Below, one piece after another: positions 19,574 through 27,276 of a stretch of 56,039 nt of DNA (the stretch's first letter is position 1; each line of letters begins with the position of its first letter). This DNA is from Chthonomonadaceae bacterium (GTDB lineage Bacteria; Armatimonadota; Chthonomonadetes; Chthonomonadales; Chthonomonadaceae). The notes beneath the pieces were generated by a model, which did not search any database, was not told the DNA's origin, and saw only the letters and a program-made list of their open reading frames with translations. A program made the translations under genes and the position numbers. The DNA is taken from positions 1-56,039 of the forward strand of contig DASRGZ010000193.1 in NCBI GenBank assembly GCA_035650735.1, given 5' to 3'.

Positions 19574-19832
19574 GGCAATCCCTGCAGACCGTGATCTCCG
19601 GCCCCATTATAGCATGACGTCCCCGCTCCTGCCTACCGCAGAGGCCAACCGGCGCAGGGCAAGAGCCTATCTATTTGTTGCTTTCGGCTATGTAGAGAAT
19701 GGCACAGAGGGCAAGCGTGAGAACTTCTGGCAGCGGATATAGAGTGTGTTGCGTCCTGCTCGAAGTCGTCAGGTCAGGCAAAGTTTTGCGCAATGGCAGT
19801 CATAGGGGTATCCAGAGACCAGCCAGGAAGGA

Positions 19833-20045
19833 TTACTGGGGCCCTCCCCTGCCTGTGCTGCTGGGGGCTGCCTCCTCGGCTTTGACGCCGGCTGCCTTGC
19901 TTTTGCCCTTGAAGTCGCTGCCTTTGTAGTAGTTCGGGTCATTATCGGACTCATCTTTGCTGCCGCATCCCAGCAAGCCGAGCGGCAGCAGGCCCGCCAG
20001 GAGGGCCAGGCTCATCGCCAGAAGCTGAAAGCGTCGTTTGGGCAT
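19833..20045 (-). CDS. Small lipoprotein (70 aa) with YYKGSDFKGK motif; partner of pseudopilin C
   Basis: GGAGG SD; lipobox LLG-C; motif related to the other three partner genes. Confidence 0.8.
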   Translation of the reverse strand: MPKRRFQLLAMSLALLAGLLPLGLLGCGSKDESDNDPNYYKGSDFKGKSKAAGVKAEEAAPSSTGRGGPQ

Positions 20046-20095
20046 GACTGTTCCTCCGTAGCGTGGCTGCCGCAGGCAGCCACGCGAACCCTGCG

Positions 20096-20150
20096 CTACC
20101 CATTGCCGACCGCCTGTAGCATCCATGCACAGGCGGTCGGCAATGGGTAG
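20096..20150. other. 22-bp perfect stem-loop between pseudopilin C and its partner
   Basis: CTACCCATTGCCGACCGCCTGT / ACAGGCGGTCGGCAATGGGTAG; second hairpin at 20061-20085. Confidence 0.8.
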
Positions 20151-20188
20151 CCTTTGCGGATAACCCGTCTCAGGCGCAGGCGGCGGGG

Positions 20189-20986
20189 TTACCGGTCTGC
20201 GGTAAAGTATTTCTCGAACCAGCACCCGCCTTCGTCCCGCTCCTCGTGGCGCTCCGGGTTGTTGCTGATCCATTTGGAGTGCCCATCCAGGAAGCTGAAG
20301 TTACCGCCGCCCTTGTGGCGGTAGCGCGCCTCACAGCCGAAGGCCGTGCCGACCCTGGGCTGCGGGCTGGCTCCCGGACGCCAGATCGTCCAGGAGTCGC
20401 CGATATTGGCGGTGCGCGCCGGCTGCACGACCGCCGCCAGCGACTCATTATAGTACTGCGAGTCCGCAGAGCCGGCGCGTCCGCTGCCAGGATAGTAGGC
20501 ATACGGCGAATCTTGCGTGCAGTCGCCGAAGACGGTATGGAAGGCGATGCCGTAGTGGGCCAGGTAGAATGAGGGCGGCGGATTCTGAAGCCAGTTATCG
20601 GCTCCGCCATCGCAGTCCGGCTCGGACATGGCCCGGATCGAAGCCTGCTCATTGAACGACGGGCAGAAAAGGATCTGCTTGTTCTTGATGTAGGGCTGGA
20701 TGAGAGTCGTCCAGTTACCGGCGATCTGGACATCCTGCGGGTCTACCCAGCGGTTGGAGGTATTCCAGGGGATGATGATCTCATCGTAGTCCTGGGCGTA
20801 CATCAACTCGCCGAGCGCGATCTGCTTGGTATTGGACAGACAGGCGGTAGCGCGGGCCTGCTCGCGGGCCTGGGCGAAGACAGGGAAGAGGATGGCCGCC
20901 AGGATGGCGATAATGGCGATCACAACGAGGAGTTCAATGAGCGTGAAGCCGGGCGTTTTCCGGCTTTGCGGAGCGAAGTAGTACAT
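20189..20986 (-). CDS. DUF1559 prepilin-type N-methylation protein with H-X9-DG motif (pseudopilin C)
   Basis: [55 protein letters not shown]. Confidence 0.92.
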   Translation of the reverse strand: MYYFAPQSRKTPGFTLIELLVVIAIIAILAAILFPVFAQAREQARATACLSNTKQIALGELMYAQDYDEIIIPWNTSNRWVDPQDVQIAGNWTTLIQPYIKNKQILFCPSFNEQASIRAMSEPDCDGGADNWLQNPPPSFYLAHYGIAFHTVFGDCTQDSPYAYYPGSGRAGSADSQYYNESLAAVVQPARTANIGDSWTIWRPGASPQPRVGTAFGCEARYRHKGGGNFSFLDGHSKWISNNPERHEERDEGGCWFEKYFTADR

Positions 20987-21069
20987 CGTAAACCCTCCCA
21001 AAAAAGTAAGCACGTACAACGTGGAAGTGTCTTAGAGAGTTGATGCAATACGGCGCATCAGCATCATCC

Positions 21070-21324
21070 TTAATCTGGTACCGCGCCTGCCGGGAGCGTA
21101 GGCTTCTTCGATTTCAGCGGCCCGGAAGGGCAGGGCATCAGTTTTCCGTCTTCCGTGTAACAGTGCTCGGGGTCCCCTTTGCTGCGGAACGGGCCGGTAT
21201 AGTAGCCGGGAGCGGCAGACTCCCGAGGCTCCGGCTGCAACAGGATCATCCGCAACACAAAGGCAGCGATGAGAGCCGCCACCAGATAAGCGATCAGTTT
21301 TCGTATTCTATGGCGAAATTCCAC
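21070..21324 (-). CDS. Small single-TM protein (84 aa) with GYYTGPFRSKGDP motif; partner of pseudopilin B
   Basis: N-terminal TM helix; paralog of 22577..22849. Confidence 0.8.
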   Translation of the reverse strand: MEFRHRIRKLIAYLVAALIAAFVLRMILLQPEPRESAAPGYYTGPFRSKGDPEHCYTEDGKLMPCPSGPLKSKKPTLPAGAVPD

Positions 21325-21422
21325 GGGTAATACTCACCAGGTTCAGGATTGCCAGATCGGAGCGAATGCGCCGGGAAGACGCCTCGGCGATCCTCCCCGG
21401 CGCATGGGACATTGCCCTCTGT

Positions 21423-22304
21423 TTACCGCGAAAAGGTGAAGTAGCGGCAGAACCAGATCCCGTCCGTGCCTTGAAGCTCATATCGGTAGGGATTCCGGTT
21501 GATATGCTTGGAGTGGCCGTCCAGGAACGTAAAGTTGCCGCCACCCTGATGCATCTCGGCGCCTTCGCAGCCCATGGCGATGACCGTATAGGGCCCGGCC
21601 GATCCGCCGCTCCACCAGGAGCCGCCATCCGAAGAGATCGCGGTTTCGGAAGGCCGCTGGATTTCGGCCAGATGGCGGGTCAGGCCACCTAACTCAGGCG
21701 GATAGGCCAGGCTGCCCGGTTCCTGATAGCAGGGATTATCGGGCGTGCCGCAATCATCGCAGGCATTGGTGGCAACGTTCTGCAGGCAGCCAGAGGGGTC
21801 GGATTGATAGGCGATGCCGTAGTGGGACCATAGCTCCTTAGCCGGGAAGTACTCGCTCAGGGAGTCGTTGTCGCAGTCTGGCTTGGCGGCGGCGGCCTCA
21901 AACCGATCTAGCGACCAGGAGGGGCAGGCCATAATCCCCTGGGGCTGCTGCTGGCCAGGGAAGGAGCCGCCGTTTTTGATATAGGGCTGTATCTTTGCCA
22001 CCCAGATGCGCTGGCTGCGCGTCACCGTGCCCCCGCCGGTGCAGGAAGGAGAGTCTAAGCTCCCGTTCCATTCGCAGGTATACCAGGGAATGATGGCTTC
22101 ATCGTAATCCTGAGCGTACATCTGAACGGCAGTGCCGATCTCTTTGCAGTTGGAGAGGCAGGAGATGGCGCGCGCTTTTTCGCGGGCTTGGGCGAAGACG
22201 GGGAAGAGAATGGCCGCCAGGATGGCGATAATGGCGATCACGACGAGGAGTTCAATGAGCGTGAAGCCGGTTAGCTTCCGGCTTCGTGAAGCGAAGCGAA
22301 TCAT
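21423..22304 (-). CDS. DUF1559 prepilin-type protein with H-X9-DG motif (pseudopilin B)
   Basis: GFTLIELL...; [23 protein letters not shown] before ATG 22304. Confidence 0.92.
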   Translation of the reverse strand: MIRFASRSRKLTGFTLIELLVVIAIIAILAAILFPVFAQAREKARAISCLSNCKEIGTAVQMYAQDYDEAIIPWYTCEWNGSLDSPSCTGGGTVTRSQRIWVAKIQPYIKNGGSFPGQQQPQGIMACPSWSLDRFEAAAAKPDCDNDSLSEYFPAKELWSHYGIAYQSDPSGCLQNVATNACDDCGTPDNPCYQEPGSLAYPPELGGLTRHLAEIQRPSETAISSDGGSWWSGGSAGPYTVIAMGCEGAEMHQGGGNFTFLDGHSKHINRNPYRYELQGTDGIWFCRYFTFSR

Positions 22305-22576
22305 TGTAGACCCTCCCAAAAGAAAAAATAAAGAACCAACCTAGACCGGTACGGGAAGGAACCTATTCCCGTGCCTGAAGGCGCGGCGCCCTCGCTGTCA
22401 GGGGCATACCGCGTCGGAAACAGAAGCCGCGCAACAGGTTTCAAGCCCCATACATATTTCCATCCGGGGCAATCTGTGACGAATTCGAGGCGCGGCTTCT
22501 ATTTCTTTTCATCCCCGTGCCTTACTCCCTGCAAGGGGCAATTATGGTAACGGCGCTCCTCCGGCGCTTTGCTCCG

Positions 22577-22849
22577 CTACTGAGTCGAAGGAGACATGAT
22601 CCTGCTGTTGCCTGTCGGCCCCGGCTTTGTGACCGCAGCCGTGCTCGCCCCAGGCGGCGGAGGAACGATCTTGCCGTCGTCGGTAGCGTAGCGGTTGGGA
22701 TCGCCCTTGCTGCGGAACGGCCCGGTATAGTAGCCCGAGTCGGGAGGCGGCTTCTCCGGCTGTCGCTGCCAGTAGAACGCGACCGCAGCGACCAGCGCCA
22801 GCGCGATCAGGATGCCGGAGAGCACCTGCAATCGACGGTTTGTGCGCAT
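22577..22849 (-). CDS. Small single-TM protein (90 aa) with GYYTGPFRSKGDP motif
   Basis: TM helix; GAGAGG SD; paralog of 21070..21324. Confidence 0.8.
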   Translation of the reverse strand: MRTNRRLQVLSGILIALALVAAVAFYWQRQPEKPPPDSGYYTGPFRSKGDPNRYATDDGKIVPPPPGASTAAVTKPGPTGNSRIMSPSTQ

Positions 22850-22870
22850 GGAAATCCTCTCACCGGACGG

Positions 22871-23077
22871 CTACTGGGTGCCCGGATTGCTCGCAGGGCC
22901 CTTCTGGTTGCCTCCAGTAGGCTTGGCCTTGCCTTTGAACGGGCCTGAGTAGTAGCCCGGGGCGCTCGGCTCCGGCTCTTTATGGCCGCACCCTGCCGTC
23001 AGAAAGGCCAGCAGGCAGGGTGCGGCGATGAGGAGAGCGAGCGGCCATACCGCAGAGCGGCAACCTGCATTGCGCAT
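22871..23077 (-). CDS. Small lipoprotein (68 aa) with GYYSGPFKGK motif; partner of pseudopilin A
   Basis: Lipobox TAG-C; ATG 4 nt after the pseudopilin A stop. Confidence 0.8.
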   Translation of the reverse strand: MRNAGCRSAVWPLALLIAAPCLLAFLTAGCGHKEPEPSAPGYYSGPFKGKAKPTGGNQKGPASNPGTQ

Positions 23078-23081
23078 GGAT

Positions 23082-23969
23082 TTACTCCACAGAGAAGGTA
23101 AAGAATTTCTCATACCACTTCGGATCGTTCTGGTCCGAGGAGCGCATCAGGTAGCGCTCGGCGTTGCGGGAGATGCGCTTGGCATGGCCGTCCAGGAAGA
23201 TGAAGTTGCCGCCGCCCTGGTGCATCTCTGCCGCCTCGCAGCCGAAAGTGATGACGGTGTAGGGCCCACCCGATCCGGCACTCCACCAGGAAGCGCCATC
23301 GGAGATAAGGGCCGTCTCGGCGGGCCGCCGGATTTCGGCCAGATGGCGGGTCAGGCCACCCAAATCGGGCGGATAGGCCAGGCTGCCCGGATATTGGCGG
23401 CAGGGAACGTCCTGTGCGCCGCAGATGGGATTGCCGTTATCATCGGTGGGCTCAAGCGTTGCCATCTGAAACGCGATGCCGTAATGGGCCCAGAACTCTT
23501 TGGTCGGGAAGTAGGCTCCCAGGCCGCTGCCGGGCGTGCCGTTGCCGTCGCAGTCCGGCCGATCCGCCGCCTGGAAGAAGCGATCCTGAGACCAGGAAGG
23601 ACAGGCGAAGACGCCCTGCGGCTGCTGCTGGCCGGGGAAGGAGCCGCCGTTTTTGACGTAGGGCTGCAGCTTTGCCACCCAGATGCGCTGGGCCCGCTGT
23701 ACGGTGCCGTTGCCGGTGCAGGTAGACCCATCCCACTCGCAGGAATACCAGGGGGCAATGGCCTCATCATAGTCCTGGGCATACATGAGCACAGCGGTGC
23801 CGATGTTCTTGCAGTTGGAGAGGCAGGAGATGGCGCGCGCTTTTTCGCGCGCCTGGGCGAAGACGGGGAAGAGGATGGCGGCAAGAATCGCAATGATAGC
23901 GATGACGACGAGCAACTCAATGAGCGTGAACCCGGAGGCAATGCGCCTCCGGAGGTCGCCTGGATGCAT
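23082..23969 (-). CDS. DUF1559 prepilin-type protein with H-X9-DG motif (pseudopilin A)
   Basis: GFTLIELL...; [23 protein letters not shown] before ATG 23969; close paralog of pseudopilin B. Confidence 0.92.
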   Translation of the reverse strand: MHPGDLRRRIASGFTLIELLVVIAIIAILAAILFPVFAQAREKARAISCLSNCKNIGTAVLMYAQDYDEAIAPWYSCEWDGSTCTGNGTVQRAQRIWVAKLQPYVKNGGSFPGQQQPQGVFACPSWSQDRFFQAADRPDCDGNGTPGSGLGAYFPTKEFWAHYGIAFQMATLEPTDDNGNPICGAQDVPCRQYPGSLAYPPDLGGLTRHLAEIRRPAETALISDGASWWSAGSGGPYTVITFGCEAAEMHQGGGNFIFLDGHAKRISRNAERYLMRSSDQNDPKWYEKFFTFSVE

Positions 23970-24342
23970 TTGGGTTAACCCTCCCTGAATAAAAATAAGG
24001 ACTGCCGGAAATCGGGCGCGGCGGCAGCGCCGCGGCGGCCTGATCAACTACGACCGCCGCTGCTTGCGCGCACACGACGGAGGAGTTCCTTGATGGAAAA
24101 CAACATTTTGGCACGGTTTCCTAGCAGGCGCCTGCCAGGAGAGGCTGCCCGAGGGCCGCATGGAGCAAAGGTTGGCCCTGCCTGACGACGGTACTGCTCG
24201 CTGCTGGCAATGAAAAACCACGCACAACTCCGATGTGTGCTATATCTCCACAGACAGAAGGGTAGCAGGCACAAAACAACGGGTGCGTGGCGAACGAGCG
24301 CTGCGCTTCCGGCTTCGGAAAGCCCTTATTTCCTAGAATGGG

Positions 24343-24372
24343 ATTATAAGGCACTTTCGCAGCAGATGTCAA
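24343..24372 (-). promoter_or_regulatory. sigma-70 promoter of the pseudopilin array
   Basis: TTGACA-N18-TATAAT on the minus strand, ~370 nt upstream of the first ATG. Confidence 0.75.
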
Positions 24373-24394
24373 GCATTGCACAAAAAAACTGCGC

Positions 24395-25072
24395 TCAGCC
24401 AATTAGCGGGGGCGTCAGCGTGCGCCAGCGCCACCAGACGACGCCTGCCTGCTCCAGCAGCTGCCCGACAGCGCACAACGGCAGGCCCACCACATTGAAG
24501 TAATCGCCTTCGATGCCGGCGATGAAGGGCGCGGCGTACCCCTGTGCTCCATACGCGCCAGCCTTGTCGAACGGCTCGCCGGTCGCCAGGTAGCCTGTGA
24601 TCATCTCCTCCGTCAGTGCCCGGAAGCGCACGCGCGTCTGCACGGCGACGGCGAGCGGCTCGGCCATCGCGCCGCCCCCAAGCGCAGCGATCAGGGCAAC
24701 CCCGGTATAGACGCTGTGGGTGTGGCCGGAGAGCAGGCGCAGCATTCGGCGCGCATCCTCGCTATCCGTCGGCTTGCCCAGCGGCACGCCATAGGGTCCG
24801 GTTTCCAGTGTGACGAGGGTATCCGCTCCCAGTACCAGGCAGCCCGCTTCCTGCCGCGCCGCAACCTCTCGCGCCTTGTGTATCGCCAGTTCCGTCACGA
24901 AGGAGGCCAGATCCACCGGCCCCTGCGGTGGAGGCGGCTCCTCGTAGCGGCTGGGGATCACCTCAAACGGCATACCGAACAGCGCCATCAGCTCACGGCG
25001 GCGCGGCGAGGCAGAGGCCAGCACCAGACGCGGCAGCCTATCGGTCTGGATGGGCAGCGACTCCGACGACAC
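24395..25072 (-). CDS. maf: Maf family nucleoside-triphosphate pyrophosphatase
   Basis: LASASPRR; GADT; GKP; DKAGAYG; NVVGLP. Confidence 0.95.
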   Translation of the reverse strand: MSSESLPIQTDRLPRLVLASASPRRRELMALFGMPFEVIPSRYEEPPPPQGPVDLASFVTELAIHKAREVAARQEAGCLVLGADTLVTLETGPYGVPLGKPTDSEDARRMLRLLSGHTHSVYTGVALIAALGGGAMAEPLAVAVQTRVRFRALTEEMITGYLATGEPFDKAGAYGAQGYAAPFIAGIEGDYFNVVGLPLCAVGQLLEQAGVVWWRWRTLTPPLIG

Positions 25073-25360
25073 AGCGTTCCTATTCCTTACAGCACTCCCT
25101 TACGCTGCCGGGCGGAGTCCGAGACGCGCGCCCGCGTAACAGGAGGCTATTGATGCCAAGAGGAATCGCTAACGTCCCTCTGCCTCAAAAGGAGGCGGAA
25201 GAGTTTAGCCATCCCTGTTGGGGTCAATAACTATAGAGGTTATCTATTTGCTATTTCAGACGACATGACCGGAGGCTTTTGTTCCTTCGACGTCCGACGT
25301 CGCCGAACGGGAGACCGCGTAGGCGTGCCTATCTGCTGCGCGCGCCCTGAAGAGACGGGG

Positions 25361-25939
25361 TCAGATAAGCTCGGCAGCCGTGATAATGCTTTGGGCGATC
25401 TCGCGCATCTTCTTGTTCTGGTTGCGCGCCTGGAAGTGGATGCGCTTGAACGCCTCCTCCTCGCTCATCCGATGGCGGTCCATCAGGATGCCCTTGGCCC
25501 TTTCGATGAGCTTGCGCGTCTCCAGCGTCTCCTTGAGCTCGTCAATCTGCTGGGCCTGCGCCTGAATCTGCCGGAACCGCCGCACGGCCATCTCCAGGGC
25601 CGGCGCCAGGTCCTCCTTGCGGAACGGCTTCATCAGGTAGGCCAGCGCTCCCGTTTCGCTGGCCTGTTCCACCAACTCTTGCTCGTTGAACGAGCTCAGG
25701 AACAGGATGGCGCAGGGCGTCTCCGTCATGATGACGCGTGCGGCCTCAATGCCGTCCATTTCCGGCATCTTGATATCCATGATAATGACGTCGGGCTTGT
25801 GCAGCCGTGCCGCCTCAATGGCCTGCAGGCCGTCCCCGGCCTCAGCCACCACCGTATGCCCCAGTTTCTCCAGACGTGCGCGGATGATGGTACGTGTTAG
25901 CTGCTCATCCTCAGCAATGACAGCCTTAAGTGATTCCAT
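25361..25939 (-). CDS. REC-ANTAR response regulator (PdtaR/EutV/AmiR-like)
   Basis: REC with IMDIKMP; ANTAR RKLIERAKGILM...EEEAF..I...AR. Confidence 0.93.
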   Translation of the reverse strand: MESLKAVIAEDEQLTRTIIRARLEKLGHTVVAEAGDGLQAIEAARLHKPDVIIMDIKMPEMDGIEAARVIMTETPCAILFLSSFNEQELVEQASETGALAYLMKPFRKEDLAPALEMAVRRFRQIQAQAQQIDELKETLETRKLIERAKGILMDRHRMSEEEAFKRIHFQARNQNKKMREIAQSIITAAELI

Positions 25940-26537
25940 CCGCCCCTCCCTTTTCTACAGCGGGCGTAAGCTTTTCCAACGCTCGTGCCCTGATGTGCCC
26001 ACACGGATCGATTATGGCCTACTATGCCCAGCACGGCGCTTCGGCCTTAAGAGTGTGTCTGCTTATTCTGCAAGAGTGCCGGGCCTGCAAGGTCATCGCT
26101 CAGGCCAAAACCAGGCAATACGGCGGAATTTGCGCATACACTCTAAGAGTTTTAGCTGCACTTGCGGCCCCGGCGAGGTTATCCGCTCGCACCGATAGGG
26201 ACGCAGCCACGGAACGCCCCGGAACCGGAAAGACGCTTGCAGCAAGTCTCTTTTATTTTATCAGAAGATTATTACGTTAACGATGGGGAGGATAGCGTCA
26301 TACCTATATGACGCCGTACCATCGGGGAATGATCCAGGGGTAGATTTCGCCATGAGCAGGCAGGATTCCTTCCTGGTGCCAACAGCCGCCAGGCCTCGGA
26401 CGAAAGAAGCCCACGATCGGGCTCCAGAAAGCCACGGGCTTTTCCGGTTGGCCCAGACAGGCAGACACCTTCCCTGCCACTCCATCCAGTCCGGGGAGCA
26501 GCAGGGAAGAGACAGCATATTCACATGCGCGCATGTC

Positions 26538-26846
26538 TCAGGAGGTTTCGGCGCCGCTGGCCTGCTCTTCTGGGGTTCTTTCGCCGCGCGCCTGGCCGCC
26601 CTTGCGCCCGATATCGGCCATATGCCGCCGGTCGCGGGAAACCGTCAGCCCGCCTTTGCGCCCGATACGCGCCATGTGCTCCCGGTTCTGGGAGACCGTC
26701 AGCCCGCCCTTGCGTCCGGCGGCGGCATGGCCCTCGGGATCACCGTGCCAGCCTCTTCCGGCCCGGCCGCGCTGCGCATGCTCCTGGGATCGGTTGTCTT
26801 CCATGGTCTGCGATGGATTGTTCCTATTGGTCTGCCTTTCTGCCAT
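26538..26846 (-). CDS. KGG-repeat general stress protein
   Basis: Three GRKGG repeats (HMARIGRKGG, HMADIGRKGG); AAGGAG SD. Confidence 0.85.
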   Translation of the reverse strand: MAERQTNRNNPSQTMEDNRSQEHAQRGRAGRGWHGDPEGHAAAGRKGGLTVSQNREHMARIGRKGGLTVSRDRRHMADIGRKGGQARGERTPEEQASGAETS

Positions 26847-27097
26847 TTGGCTGCTCCTTCTTGCTGCGCAACGTGCTTGCATTCCGCCCCGGCAATCTCA
26901 GCGGATGTCTGGACTTGGACCGGCAGCCACGTATGCCGGGAATATGCAGGGGATCGCGCTGGTTTGCGTTATTGGAAGAGGATCATTTTGCTGTCGGACG
27001 GGCCTAATGCGCGTCAGGTTCCTCAATTGTTAACGGCGGCCAGGAAGGAAGCTGAGGCGGTCTGATCGAACACAACCGCCAGGATCGGGCAACCCTT

Positions 27098-27252
27098 GCG
27101 GCAGGCTCAACCCTGCCGCTGTGGGGCGCTTTGCGCCCGCCGCCCACCTACGTGGGCGAAACTTCTGCCTGCAAAGGTATCGCTAGGCGGAGGGCCGAAC
27201 CGTTGAGGAACCGATCCTAGCAGAACTCCACAACGGCAGGGTTGAGGCTGCC
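27098..27252. repeat. Family C palindromic element carrying a 47-nt element at 27177-27223
   Basis: Homologous to 18095-18266. Confidence 0.75.
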
Positions 27253-27276
27253 GGGAAAGCCATCGAGGAGAAGAGG

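Noticed and set aside
21423..23969. Diversity-generating retroelement behind pilin A/B similarity
   Set aside because: No reverse transcriptase, and differences are not adenine-specific; ordinary paralogy fits.
24108..24126. TTGGCACG...GC sigma-54-like site
   Set aside because: GG-to-GC spacing is 12 rather than 10, and it points away from the pilin genes.
25930..26534. Short ORFs between the ANTAR and KGG genes
   Set aside because: No clear SD, motifs or coding-like composition; probably regulatory intergenic DNA.
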